Shown one piece after another: positions 35,366-43,662 of a stretch of DNA of 43,984 bases. A program made the position numbers and the translations under genes. Under the pieces are notes generated by a model that saw only the letters and a program-made list of their open reading frames with translations, made no database searches and was not told the DNA's origin. How positions within the stretch are numbered: the stretch's first letter is position 1; every line of letters starts with the position of its first letter. Source of the stretch: a virus (lineage: Duplodnaviria; Caudoviricetes); the IMG/VR virus record IMGVR_UViG_3300044652_000002, positions 1 through 43,984 of that record; one strand, given 5' to 3'.

Positions 35366-36324
35366 TGGCTTCCCCAGCCCATAACGAGAAAATTCCAGAC
35401 GATCTCTTCCTGAAAGAATTTGCGGCCATCGGGCCAGCGGCTTTAGCTAAGAAATACGGCGTTGCCGAACGAAACGTCCATGCAAGGCGAAGAAGGCTTG
35501 AGGGGGTTATCGGCCTATCTGTCACCCCTCCAAGGCGCGGAGGGCATGTACAGCAACTAGACCGCCATCCTGCGGCAATTCAGTTAGGGATACAGGACGG
35601 ACACGTTCTCATCGGGTCCGATAGCCATTACTACCCCGGCGTCGTTTCAACTGCCCACACCGCGTTTCTCGAGCTTGCGCGGGAGTTCAAGCCAAAGGTC
35701 ATCATCAAGAACGGTGACGAGCTGGACTTCCCGACGATCTCCAGATTCGCTCACGGATGGGAAACGCGGCCGACTGTCGCGGAGGAGATTGAATACACCT
35801 CTGCCATGCTGGCCGAGATCGAAAAGACAGCCCCCAAGGCAACGCTGGTTTGGCCGGTCGGAAACCACGATTCCAGGCTAGAAACGAAGATCGCCACGTC
35901 GGCCCCTGAGCTGGCGAAGATGAAGGGGGTTCATCTCAGGGACCATTTCAGCGATAGATGGAAGCCCTGCATGGCCTGCTTCATCAACGATGATGTGGTG
36001 GTGAAGCACCGCCTAAAGGGCGGGATCAACGCAACGAGAAACAACACCATGCTGGCCGGCAAGACGATCATTACCGGCCATCTACACAGCCTCAAGGTAT
36101 GGCCTCACAGCGACTATCGCGGGACTCGATGGGGCGTGGACTGCGGGACGATGGCCGACCCATACGGGCCGCAGTTCTATGGATACACGGAATTGGGGCC
36201 GCTGGACTGGAGATCGGGCTTTGTTCTGCTCACGTTCTCTAAGGGGAAGCTGCTCTGGCCGGAAACAGTTTGGGTCAGCGGTCCGGACACCGTTCAATTT
36301 CGTGGCAAGGAGTGGACTGTTTGA
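35365..36324 (+). CDS. Calcineurin-like metallophosphoesterase
   Basis: SDSH, NGD.LD, GNHD, H, GHLH. Confidence 0.88.
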   Translation: MASPAHNEKIPDDLFLKEFAAIGPAALAKKYGVAERNVHARRRRLEGVIGLSVTPPRRGGHVQQLDRHPAAIQLGIQDGHVLIGSDSHYYPGVVSTAHTAFLELAREFKPKVIIKNGDELDFPTISRFAHGWETRPTVAEEIEYTSAMLAEIEKTAPKATLVWPVGNHDSRLETKIATSAPELAKMKGVHLRDHFSDRWKPCMACFINDDVVVKHRLKGGINATRNNTMLAGKTIITGHLHSLKVWPHSDYRGTRWGVDCGTMADPYGPQFYGYTELGPLDWRSGFVLLTFSKGKLLWPETVWVSGPDTVQFRGKEWTV

Positions 36325-36494
36325 CGATTAACAACCTTCGAGTAAGCGAACTAGGTTCCGAGATTTGCCGCAAAGCCTCTCTCCTCAATTTCTACGAGCG
36401 GGAGGGTAAAGAGTACGAATTGATCGAGGCTCTAAAAGACATTAAACGCTTGGCCCGAGAGGCAGAGGAGCTAATGCAATGGCGGCAAGGGTAG
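36321..36494 (+). CDS. hypothetical protein
   Basis: TTGA overlap; AAGGAG SD. Confidence 0.55.
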   Translation: MTINNLRVSELGSEICRKASLLNFYEREGKEYELIEALKDIKRLAREAEELMQWRQG

Positions 36495-36772
36495 TTTTCG
36501 GAGTTCTCGCTTTACTCTGCGGCGCGGCGATTGCCCAAACCATCTTCCAAGCCAAGGGACAGGGAATCGTCCTCACTCTCTACGACCAGCCCTGCGAGCT
36601 GAAGGAAGTATCGAACCTTCCAATTCGGATTACTTGGACGGAGAACGGCAAGACCATCGAGGGCTGCGCGGCCATCCGTCCTGATGCTGGGATGGTGGTT
36701 ATGTACTTCAAAGACGACAAGACGGTGGGCCTTGCGCCGATCTCTGCTTTTAAGCCAGCCACGGGAGTTTGA
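36479..36772 (+). CDS. Exported protein with a signal peptide
   Basis: Hydrophobic core plus an AIA|Q cleavage motif. Confidence 0.65.
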   Translation: MAARVVFGVLALLCGAAIAQTIFQAKGQGIVLTLYDQPCELKEVSNLPIRITWTENGKTIEGCAAIRPDAGMVVMYFKDDKTVGLAPISAFKPATGV

Positions 36773-37213
36773 TTGCAACTGACCGAGCATTTCAGCCTAG
36801 AAGAGTTGACCCATTCCGAGATCGCCCTTCGCAAAGGGATAGATAACCAGCCAAACGCAGACCAAATCGAGAACCTGAAGACCCTCGCCGGCACGCTCGA
36901 GAAGGTGAGGGAGTTACTAGGCCATCCCCTGCACATCAATTCCGCCTTTCGAGGGCTGAAGCTAAATAGCGCCGTTGGCGGGTCTAAGACCTCGGCCCAT
37001 TTAGACGGGCTGGCAGCGGACTTCATCTGCCCCGCCTTTGGAACCCCCCAAGAAATAGCGGTGGAGATCGCCGCGTCCAACATCACCTTCGACCAGCTCA
37101 TTTACGAGGGAACCTGGGTGCATATCTCGGTTGACCCCAGATACCGCCTCCAAGTCCTGACGGCCCGCTTTGAGAACGGCAAGGCCACCTATACACCGGG
37201 GATCACCGCTTGA
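36773..37213 (+). CDS. Endolysin, M15A Zn peptidase
   Basis: LTEHFSLEEL, SAFR..LN.AVGG...SAHL.GLAAD, WVHIS. Confidence 0.92.
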   Translation: MQLTEHFSLEELTHSEIALRKGIDNQPNADQIENLKTLAGTLEKVRELLGHPLHINSAFRGLKLNSAVGGSKTSAHLDGLAADFICPAFGTPQEIAVEIAASNITFDQLIYEGTWVHISVDPRYRLQVLTARFENGKATYTPGITA

Positions 37214-37728
37214 CCTTCCTCCTCGCCAACTGGCGGCTTGTCCTGCTGGCCGTCTTGGTGGCCGCTGTCGGCATCCAGACCGCCCGACTAAATGCGACTA
37301 AATCCGAGTTCGCCCTCTACAAGGCCGACATCCAAAAGCAGGTAGCAGAGAACGCCGCAAAAGCGGCTCAGGAACGCGCCAGGATGGCGCAGAATCAATC
37401 GGAGGCATTAGGTGAGCTTCAGACCCGTCTGGATCGTCTCAATCGCTCTTACCGCGTCCTGCGCGACCGTAGAAGCACCCAGTCAATGCCCTCCCTATCC
37501 TCAGCCGCCCCAAGCATTAGCTCCTGCCCCGGAGACCCTAGCCAGCCCGACTCCGTTGCTCGACGCTTGGACGAGATCGAAGCAGAGGTTATTGGAGCGC
37601 TGGAAACGGGAGACCTCGAACTAGGAAAGTACGCCGAGCTATGGAGGCTCCAGCAGCTAAATGCTGGTGCAAATCCGGTGCAGTCCGGTGCAGAAAACGT
37701 CTCAAACGGCGCTCATGGCACGCGCTAA
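37210..37728 (+). CDS. Inner-membrane spanin (Rz-like)
   Basis: N-terminal TM segment plus coiled coil, after the endolysin. Confidence 0.8.
   Translation: MTFLLANWRLVLLAVLVAAVGIQTARLNATKSEFALYKADIQKQVAENAAKAAQERARMAQNQSEALGELQTRLDRLNRSYRVLRDRRSTQSMPSLSSAAPSISSCPGDPSQPDSVARRLDEIEAEVIGALETGDLELGKYAELWRLQQLNAGANPVQSGAENVSNGAHGTR
37412..37624 (+). CDS. Outer-membrane spanin lipoprotein (Rz1-like), embedded in +1 frame
   Basis: LTAS-C lipobox; Pro-rich. Confidence 0.78.
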   Translation: MSFRPVWIVSIALTASCATVEAPSQCPPYPQPPQALAPAPETLASPTPLLDAWTRSKQRLLERWKRETSN

Positions 37729-37845
37729 ATGGCTGATTTGTCCTGAGACCCGCATTCTGCCTATACTGCCTCTTCGGATTCGTAATCCCTAGTCAGTTGC
37801 CTTGCTTCAGAGAGTTACGTCAGTAGTTGTGCAACTGCGGTGCAG
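37665..37845. other. attP: GGTGCA arm repeats flanking an anticodon-loop core GGATTCGTAATCC (37776-37788)
   Basis: Arm repeats at 37665-37693 and 37828-37845; the core mimics a Thr(CGT) anticodon stem-loop; next to the integrase 3' end. Confidence 0.7.
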
Positions 37846-37846
37846 T

Positions 37847-37922
37847 GCTGGCGTAGCTCAGTTGGTAGAGCAGTCGCTTCGTAAGCGTCAGGTCGCGTGT
37901 TCGAGTCACGCCGCCAGCACCA
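37847..37922 (+). tRNA. tRNA-Thr(CGU), full length with CCA
   Basis: GCTGGCG/CGCCAGC acceptor stem, AGCTCAGTTGGTAGAGC D arm, TT-CGT-AA loop, GTTCGAGTC T loop, ACCA end; 76 nt. Confidence 0.95.
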
Positions 37923-38843
37923 TCAGGCAATCTTCTTAATAGCGTCCTTAAGGGTGTCTGTAGCTAGGTGGGCGTAGCGCTTTGTCGTCTGCGCCTGGGT
38001 GTGACCGAGAATCGCCCCGATGGTGAAGAGAGGTACGCCAGCCTTGGCGAGCATCGAGGCTGTCGTGTGTCTTAGGTCGTGGAAGCGAACATCCTGTAAG
38101 TCTGTCGCCTTCCTGCAAGCCCGCTGGAAGGATTTAGTCAGATACCACTTGCTGACCTTCAGCGGCAGGTATTTAAGGTACGGTCTTAGTTTGCGATGGA
38201 TCGGCACAAGCCTGGGCTTGCCCGTCTTGGTGTCGTCTAGCCTGAAGTGATCTCCCTCGACCTTGGGCGGAGACAGCAGTTCGCCTTGCCTCATTCCTGA
38301 GTAAGCGGCGAGCATGATTCCAGCCCTGACCGGACCACGCTTCGCCGCTCGAGCGGACAAAAGCAACTGCCGGCGCGTTAAATAGACGTGCCTAGCGTTG
38401 TTCTCCGGTAAGAGCTGGATCTTCATATGCAGGGGCTCCTCTAGGTAGCCCCATTCAGAGTAAGAGAGGCGCGCAACGCGCTTCAGGACGGCCAACCGTC
38501 TATTCACAGAGGCGTTGGCGAGTCTCCCCCTATGAGCCGCCTTGTAAGCCTTGGCGACCTCGGCAATCTGCTTGATTACCTTCCCCTCGACCCAATCCGC
38601 CAAGGCGTAAGCATTGGATTCGGTCCTGTCCCTGGATTTGTGGCCAGCGACCTCTTCGGTCAGCCACCGCTGGATCGCGGCCCCGATCAGGACTTGACCA
38701 GTTGCAACGGCCTTATGCTCGCGGATGGCCTTTGACTCCTTGTCCCTCGCGTCCTGCTTCGTCTCGCCCGTTCCATGTACGCGCTTTCCGTCGCGCTGGA
38801 AGCCGTAGTGCCAGCGCCCCTCTTTGTCTCTCCAGACAGACAT
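37923..38843 (-). CDS. int: Tyrosine integrase
   Basis: SGMR, K(TG), HDLRH, LGH, RY catalytic residues; N-terminal arm-binding-type domain. Confidence 0.95.
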   Translation of the reverse strand: MSVWRDKEGRWHYGFQRDGKRVHGTGETKQDARDKESKAIREHKAVATGQVLIGAAIQRWLTEEVAGHKSRDRTESNAYALADWVEGKVIKQIAEVAKAYKAAHRGRLANASVNRRLAVLKRVARLSYSEWGYLEEPLHMKIQLLPENNARHVYLTRRQLLLSARAAKRGPVRAGIMLAAYSGMRQGELLSPPKVEGDHFRLDDTKTGKPRLVPIHRKLRPYLKYLPLKVSKWYLTKSFQRACRKATDLQDVRFHDLRHTTASMLAKAGVPLFTIGAILGHTQAQTTKRYAHLATDTLKDAIKKIA

Positions 38844-38995
38844 ACCTTCCTCCCATTAAGGAAGCTTTCTAGTTCCTTGGGGTCAATCCTAATCCCGCCC
38901 CTGATGTCCAGGAACGGTAGCCCATCCTCGAGCAGCCGGTAAGCGGACCTGACCGAGATATTGAGCTGGGCAGCTACTTGGCGAATCGTGAGCAT
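38687..38995 (-). CDS. xis: Excisionase (HTH_17)
   Basis: MLTIRQVAAQLNISVRSAYRL...RIDPKELESF; overlaps the int start. Confidence 0.82.
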   Translation of the reverse strand: MLTIRQVAAQLNISVRSAYRLLEDGLPFLDIRGGIRIDPKELESFLNGRKVCLSGETKRGAGTTASSATESAYMERARRSRTRGTRSQRPSASIRPLQLVKS

Positions 38996-39021
38996 CTACC
39001 CTTCGTTCAGGGAATAGGAGA

Positions 39022-39231
39022 TCAGCGCCATGGCCACGGACGCTCTTCATAACCCATCGCCCTGCATCGGTCGCCGAAATCGAGGAGCGGCGTGATCTGG
39101 AAGGGTCCGATGTAAATCTGTATTCCGTTGTGGAACTGAAATCCTAGGAGCCACTTCCTCAGATCGTAGAGAACATGGAATCGCCTAGCGACGACCCACA
39201 TGTGGAAGTACCACCAGTGCGAGTTGTTCAT
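39022..39231 (-). CDS. hypothetical protein (69 aa, aromatic-rich)
   Basis: ATGA overlap. Confidence 0.6.
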   Translation of the reverse strand: MNNSHWWYFHMWVVARRFHVLYDLRKWLLGFQFHNGIQIYIGPFQITPLLDFGDRCRAMGYEERPWPWR

Positions 39232-39380
39232 GCGAATGCCGACCGTATGGCCGACGCAACCCGACCAAACACGGCTCTCCGCCGCGCCACCGCCGCCCAG
39301 CGGTAGTCCTTGCGTTTGCGCACTTGGTATAGGCGTCCGGTCCACCAAATATTCGTGACCTTCGACCAGCGCCGCTTCAT
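39228..39380 (-). CDS. hypothetical basic protein (50 aa)
   Basis: ORF ends in the 39232 site. Confidence 0.5.
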   Translation of the reverse strand: MKRRWSKVTNIWWTGRLYQVRKRKDYRWAAVARRRAVFGRVASAIRSAFA

Positions 39381-39406
39381 CTCGGCCCGTCGAGCGGCTA
39401 AGTTAC

Positions 39407-39622
39407 TCAGGATTCGTGGCGCTGTTCGTTGGGCCATATCTTCAACTTGCCTCTATGCTCGCAGTAGATAGTCGGGATACCGCATATGCGCCTAGGATTA
39501 AAACCAGCGCGGCGCACGTTCCAAAACACACGCGCCATCTCAGCAGGTTTAACCGGAATCACGACCGTTCCGTAGTTAGTTTCCAGAGGAACATTTACCA
39601 AGCGAAAATCCTCCTGTACCAA
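39407..39622 (-). CDS. hypothetical protein
   Basis: ORF in the operon direction; start uncertain. Confidence 0.5.
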   Translation of the reverse strand: MVQEDFRLVNVPLETNYGTVVIPVKPAEMARVFWNVRRAGFNPRRICGIPTIYCEHRGKLKIWPNEQRHES

Positions 39623-39831
39623 GGCACGGCGGCAGGCGTGACGATTCCGGCCCTTGCGCCTTCCTCATAGTCCTCGATGCGGTAGCCAGCGTCCTCCACC
39701 GCAAGCTCTACTTCCGACTTGATCGTGTAGGCCAAGGACTCGACCAGCTCGCCGTAGATGCGGTCTGAGCGGATCGGCAGGCCATCCATGACTTCGGCAG
39801 CCAAGATGCGGCATTTAGCGTCAATGCTCAC
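39595..39831 (-). CDS. hypothetical protein
   Basis: GTGA overlap; AGGAG SD. Confidence 0.65.
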   Translation of the reverse strand: MSIDAKCRILAAEVMDGLPIRSDRIYGELVESLAYTIKSEVELAVEDAGYRIEDYEEGARAGIVTPAAVPWYRRIFAW

Positions 39832-40031
39832 TTGTCGCTCCTGCTCTCGTGTGCGGCGGATAGTTCGTCAGTGACTTCCGGCACGTCCTGCCATTCGCTC
39901 CAAATCCATCGCTTCAGCGGCCCCGCTTTGCCACCGAACTCGTACCCGATGCTTTGCGTGCGGAATTGAAGCCGCCGGTACGGATTGGAGCCTGGAGCCA
40001 CGGCCGGCGAATACCAGCGCAATTCGATCAC
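39828..40031 (-). CDS. hypothetical protein (MIELRW...LQFR...WSEWQDVP family)
   Basis: GTGA overlap; recurrent small-phage-protein pattern. Confidence 0.7.
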   Translation of the reverse strand: MIELRWYSPAVAPGSNPYRRLQFRTQSIGYEFGGKAGPLKRWIWSEWQDVPEVTDELSAAHESRSDK

Positions 40032-40294
40032 TTCGGATCTCCGCTTCGCTGAGGTCGAAGTTCGTCGAGGTCTGGAACCTGCCGCCATACGACCTTCTCG
40101 CCAAGCCCCTCTAGGGCTTCCCCGAGGCCGCACGGCTGAATGTGTCCTTCATGTTGAGGCGTCGGGGCGCTTGGATGTGGGCGCACCTTGCTGAAGAACT
40201 TGCCCGGTCTGAGTCCGCAGCAATAGCGGCATTGCCCGTTCCCCATGTTCCATTCAATGATGCGCAGAAAAGAGATTGCCGGCTGCGGGTTCAC
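40028..40294 (-). CDS. Cys/His hypothetical protein
   Basis: EWNMGNGQCRYCCG...H...C. Confidence 0.7.
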   Translation of the reverse strand: MNPQPAISFLRIIEWNMGNGQCRYCCGLRPGKFFSKVRPHPSAPTPQHEGHIQPCGLGEALEGLGEKVVWRQVPDLDELRPQRSGDPK

Positions 40295-40551
40295 GGATGT
40301 TCATCTCCACACGGGAGCAATTGCTTCCCGCTCTTGTCGAAGTATTCGATCATCGAAAAGTCACCGCCGTTGCACTCGGGGCAGAGTAGCCGGATTAGAG
40401 CCGTGCCTGGAGGGTCGGTAGGGTCGGCCTCGGCCCGATGCTCCTTCTTACACCCTGTGCAGCGTAGCGTCACCCAGCAGTCGCAGCCGACGTTCATGGG
40501 CGTTCCGCACTTGACGCACGGCAGAGTTTTGAAATGGTCGAGGAAGCTCAC
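40291..40551 (-). CDS. Cys-rich Zn-ribbon protein
   Basis: CVKC, CTGC, CPEC. Confidence 0.7.
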   Translation of the reverse strand: MSFLDHFKTLPCVKCGTPMNVGCDCWVTLRCTGCKKEHRAEADPTDPPGTALIRLLCPECNGGDFSMIEYFDKSGKQLLPCGDEHP

Positions 40552-40575
40552 GCCGGATGTTCTATGTCGTGAAGT

Positions 40576-40692
40576 TCACCAGCCGATGTCCTGCGTATCG
40601 TCCTCGTCATCCCTCGGCGCTCCACCAGCGATAGCCAGCAGCAGGACGAACAGCGCACCGCAGGCCCACCACACCATTTCGTCGTAGCTCAT
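40576..40692 (-). CDS. 38-aa single-TM peptide with an acidic tail
   Basis: MSYDEMVWWACGALFVLLLAIAGGAPRDDEDDTQDIGW; bounded by two sites. Confidence 0.55.
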   Translation of the reverse strand: MSYDEMVWWACGALFVLLLAIAGGAPRDDEDDTQDIGW

Positions 40693-41207
40693 GGCCGATC
40701 CGCTTCTGTGGAAGCGGCATTTACGCTGGGTAGCAGGATGAACGCCGCGATGTGCCTGCCAGTACCCTTACCGGCTGATCCGTCCTCTGTCGCCAGCCAG
40801 CGCACGTCCCCGAGGTTTCGGACGTGGCCTTGATCGCCCACGATGGCCTTCAGGAGCATCAGGATCCACTTGTCGATCGGGTAGACCAGCACCACGGTCT
40901 TGCCCTTGCGCCATTCCTCCAGCGCCTTCCTGACCCACGCCGTGGGGCCTTTCTTGCGGCCCTGGTGAACGATGGATCCGAAGGGCGGGTTGACGTAGTT
41001 CCGCTGCCCCCATTCGCACGTCAGGCCGTCAAAGCCCTCCGGCAGCGGGTACGGGCAGGGGTCGAAGTCGAACGGCCCGAACTCGGCGGACAGCGCGGCC
41101 AGCACGTCCGGTGGCGTCAGCCAGTAGTGCTTGCCGTCGTCGCCGTTCCCGCGGTGGAACTTGTTGTCCTCCGGGGCGAGCTGCGACTGGTGGACGAGAT
41201 CGTTCAA
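40689..41207 (-). CDS. Phage DNA N6-adenine methyltransferase (Dam-like)
   Basis: WLTP, FDFDPC, DGL..EW, YVNPPF. Confidence 0.82.
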   Translation of the reverse strand: MNDLVHQSQLAPEDNKFHRGNGDDGKHYWLTPPDVLAALSAEFGPFDFDPCPYPLPEGFDGLTCEWGQRNYVNPPFGSIVHQGRKKGPTAWVRKALEEWRKGKTVVLVYPIDKWILMLLKAIVGDQGHVRNLGDVRWLATEDGSAGKGTGRHIAAFILLPSVNAASTEADRP

Positions 41208-41464
41208 GCGGGGACCTTTGCCTCAACGCCATCAAGGCCAGCCCGAGCGCGCCGCAGGCAGACCTTGCAGACGCCGCTCTCGCCCATGTTGCCGCGCCAG
41301 ATCGAGTAGGACTGGCCATCGTCTCGATTCCAGCCGTTGCGACACATCGGCAGGCCGGGGTCGGCAAAGTCGCCCTTGTAGAGATGCGCGGTCTTGGGAT
41401 GCGGGAAATCCCGCCCCAAGCCGAGGATGTATCCCTCGGGAATATTGCTGGTGAGGATCCCCAT
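41204..41464 (-). CDS. hypothetical protein
   Basis: TAATG coupling; PMC...CKVC. Confidence 0.7.
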   Translation of the reverse strand: MGILTSNIPEGYILGLGRDFPHPKTAHLYKGDFADPGLPMCRNGWNRDDGQSYSIWRGNMGESGVCKVCLRRARAGLDGVEAKVPA

Positions 41465-41658
41465 TAGCCTGCGTTGCCCTTTGGAGAAACATCCGGCTTC
41501 TCGATGGCCTTCTTCAGTTTCCTCGTCAGTCGTTCCATTTCATCGGCATGGCGGCGCTGCACGCGATAGTCGAAGAACTTGATGGAGTTCAGCAGCACGA
41601 GGCAGTCGGCCATGATTCGGTAATAGGGCGGGCGCTCGCCTTTGCGATAGTTAGCCAT
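41464..41658 (-). CDS. hypothetical protein
   Basis: ORF ending in the 41469 site. Confidence 0.65.
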   Translation of the reverse strand: MANYRKGERPPYYRIMADCLVLLNSIKFFDYRVQRRHADEMERLTRKLKKAIEKPDVSPKGNAG

Positions 41659-41815
41659 GAGGTCTCTTGAGCAGGCGGCGCTGCGACGGCCATGTGTGTG
41701 GGCGGTGGCTGATGCAGACCTTCAGTTCTCCGAATGTCTGCGTATGCAGCGGCATCCACGTTCCACCCGGCCAGCACGGTTTCCAGTCGCGAGTAGCGAT
41801 GCGGTTGCGGATCAC
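41651..41815 (-). CDS. hypothetical protein (54 aa)
   Basis: GTG start with an AAGGA SD from the 41818 site. Confidence 0.5.
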   Translation of the reverse strand: MIRNRIATRDWKPCWPGGTWMPLHTQTFGELKVCISHRPHTWPSQRRLLKRPHG

Positions 41816-41843
41816 GTCTGTCCTTTCCTATCTGCGGCAACTA

Positions 41844-42152
41844 TCAAAGGTTGAACCCGTAGCGGGTGAGCATGTCGTCCGTAACGATGGTCAACCGCTT
41901 CGGCGGCTCTCTTTTCACCGGCTCACACTCGCAGGGGCGGTTCTCGATTGCGGTGTACATCCCGTATTCCATGCGCCAGATGCGATGAGCCTCATGGGCC
42001 ACCTTGATAATCTGGCCGCCCTTGAAGCCGAACCAGTCGCAGAGCATCTGTGATGTCCACGGCAGCGGGGACGCCTGCAATAGGCTGACCAGCGCCTTCT
42101 GCATTGGCGCGTGCTTGGAGAAGCGCAGGCCGATGAAGCAGGGCTTCTTCAA
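41844..42152 (-). CDS. hypothetical protein (possible winged HTH)
   Basis: TTGA overlap at 42152. Confidence 0.6.
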   Translation of the reverse strand: MKKPCFIGLRFSKHAPMQKALVSLLQASPLPWTSQMLCDWFGFKGGQIIKVAHEAHRIWRMEYGMYTAIENRPCECEPVKREPPKRLTIVTDDMLTRYGFNL

Positions 42153-42274
42153 GCGTTGCCCCTCTCCGGGGAGGGCAGGCAGGGGCAGTCCTCCCACGGC
42201 GCGGCGGTGCAGCCGGCCTGGTGGGTGAAGGGGAGGTAGTGCTCGCCGACGATGCTTCCGCTGGAGTACGTCAT
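42149..42274 (-). CDS. 41-aa hypothetical protein
   Basis: ATGA overlap; ends LPSPERGNA in the 42151 site. Confidence 0.55.
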   Translation of the reverse strand: MTYSSGSIVGEHYLPFTHQAGCTAAPWEDCPCLPSPERGNA

Positions 42275-42900
42275 GCGGCGACGGCCTCGCGCTCGCCGAG
42301 TGCGCCCCACTGATCGGCCATCGCGTCCGCTATCCCTTGAAAGGTCAGGCTCCGCACCCTCCAGCGATCCGGCCCCGGAGCTGCCCGGTGTATCGCGTTC
42401 CATTCGCGCTTCTCCTGTAGCGACATTTCCTTGGGCGGTGGCCCGACGACGTTCGTAGCCTTGAGCGGCGGCAGGCCGTCCAGCCAGAGGCAAGTCGCCT
42501 TGGTCGCCTTGTGGCCGAACTCCCACGGCTGGATCGTCTGATCCGACTCCCGCCAGAACGTCGAAAGCACGCCGATGGGGTTCTCGATGGCCTTGCCGAC
42601 CCGGACCCGGATGGCCCACAGCGCCCGTACGAAGTGCAGAGCCGACAGTCGGGCTTCGACCCGCCATGCCTGCTTCATGCTCCAGCGGTTCGCGCTGACG
42701 GTCAGGAAGGTGCAGTCCGGGTGTGCGATCAGGATGTCCCACTCCTGCTCGATGATTTCGTGGTCCAGGATGGAGCCGGTGTAGTGGTAGGGCGAACGGT
42801 CCTCCGGCCAGAGTAGGTCGCAGCTCCATGCGTCGTGTCCCCGGCGGCGGAAGGCTTCCCGCACCCGGCCCGACGATTCGCAGGCGACCAAGACCCTCAA
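42271..42900 (-). CDS. DNA cytosine methyltransferase-like protein
   Basis: RVLVACESSG, WSCDL, IAHPDCT, IENP, QPWEFG, K.TCLWL, RS.TF.GIADAMADQW. Confidence 0.85.
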   Translation of the reverse strand: MRVLVACESSGRVREAFRRRGHDAWSCDLLWPEDRSPYHYTGSILDHEIIEQEWDILIAHPDCTFLTVSANRWSMKQAWRVEARLSALHFVRALWAIRVRVGKAIENPIGVLSTFWRESDQTIQPWEFGHKATKATCLWLDGLPPLKATNVVGPPPKEMSLQEKREWNAIHRAAPGPDRWRVRSLTFQGIADAMADQWGALGEREAVAA

Positions 42901-43103
42901 CCCTGCTGCTCCTTCCTTGCGGAAGAAGGGGATGCATCGCGGATCGCTCGGCCCTGCGCACAGGTGCAGCAGGAGAACTCCGGCGAATCGGCCTCGATCA
43001 GCAGGCCGTCCCAATCCCAACAGAAGTGCCACCGCTGCTTCTCCTCGGCGGTGAGCTTCAGCATGGGGTTGTCCATCAACTCGCGGTGACGCTGCGGCGT
43101 CAT
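42897..43103 (-). CDS. hypothetical protein (WHFCWDWDGLLI...CCTC)
   Basis: ATGA overlap; bounded by sites. Confidence 0.7.
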   Translation of the reverse strand: MTPQRHRELMDNPMLKLTAEEKQRWHFCWDWDGLLIEADSPEFSCCTCAQGRAIRDASPSSARKEQQG

Positions 43104-43513
43104 TTCCGTTCTCCGTGGGAGGGAACGTATGGCAGGCCGGTGTAGGCAGGGTTGCGCTTCGCCCACATCAGTTCCTCGCGGGCAAGTCCAGGCGTCTCCC
43201 CGAAGCCGGCCGGCGACTCTTGCAGGTTGATGAAGTCGGGATCGACGGCGCACCACATATTCCCGTCCTTGAATACGCGGGTCAGCGGGCCGCCGTGCTG
43301 CGGGCAGGCGAGGTAGGGCACATACCCCGCATAGCGGCCGTCCTCGGCCCACTCGTAGCCGTCCCAGCGCCGGAAGTACCGGGTCGGGACACGCTCGCCG
43401 TAGGCTTTCCGGTCGCAGAACCCGGCAGGACCACCGCCGCTCCACATCGGCACGGAGCAAAGCCCCTCGCCGAACTCGTCCAGTTCCTTGTGACGCTGCG
43501 AGCAGACGGCCAT
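43100..43513 (-). CDS. hypothetical Cys-containing protein
   Basis: TAATG coupling; DGNMWCA...FINLQESPAGFG. Confidence 0.75.
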   Translation of the reverse strand: MAVCSQRHKELDEFGEGLCSVPMWSGGGPAGFCDRKAYGERVPTRYFRRWDGYEWAEDGRYAGYVPYLACPQHGGPLTRVFKDGNMWCAVDPDFINLQESPAGFGETPGLAREELMWAKRNPAYTGLPYVPSHGERK

Positions 43514-43662
43514 TAGGCTTGCTCCTTCCTAGATGAGATAGCGGAGCGCAGTAGTCGTCGCAGCTTTTGAAGGGCCAGCGCACGACGGTCGATAAGCGGT
43601 CGCTTGGATATTTCGAGGTAGAGGCGCATCGCCTCGATGCCGTTGGCAAGTATCTGGTTCAT
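43513..43662 (-). CDS. hypothetical protein (49 aa)
   Basis: ATGA overlap; bounded by the 43520 and 43633 sites. Confidence 0.6.
   Translation of the reverse strand: MNQILANGIEAMRLYLEISKRPLIDRRALALQKLRRLLRSAISSRKEQA

Noticed and set aside
10197-38094. Isolated GGATGTT matches in the core genome (about 10196, 11621, 27181, 38088)
   Set aside because: No convincing partner arm at 6-bp spacing, not at module borders, and the count is consistent with chance
39036-42276. Weaker possible sites at 39036, 41665 and 42249
   Set aside because: Only one arm resembles the families, so they were not counted
42149-43649. Long minus-strand ORFs 42149-42961 and 42897-43649
   Set aside because: Only their 3' ends are likely real genes (42149-42274 and 42897-43103); the rest overlaps better-supported genes in other frames
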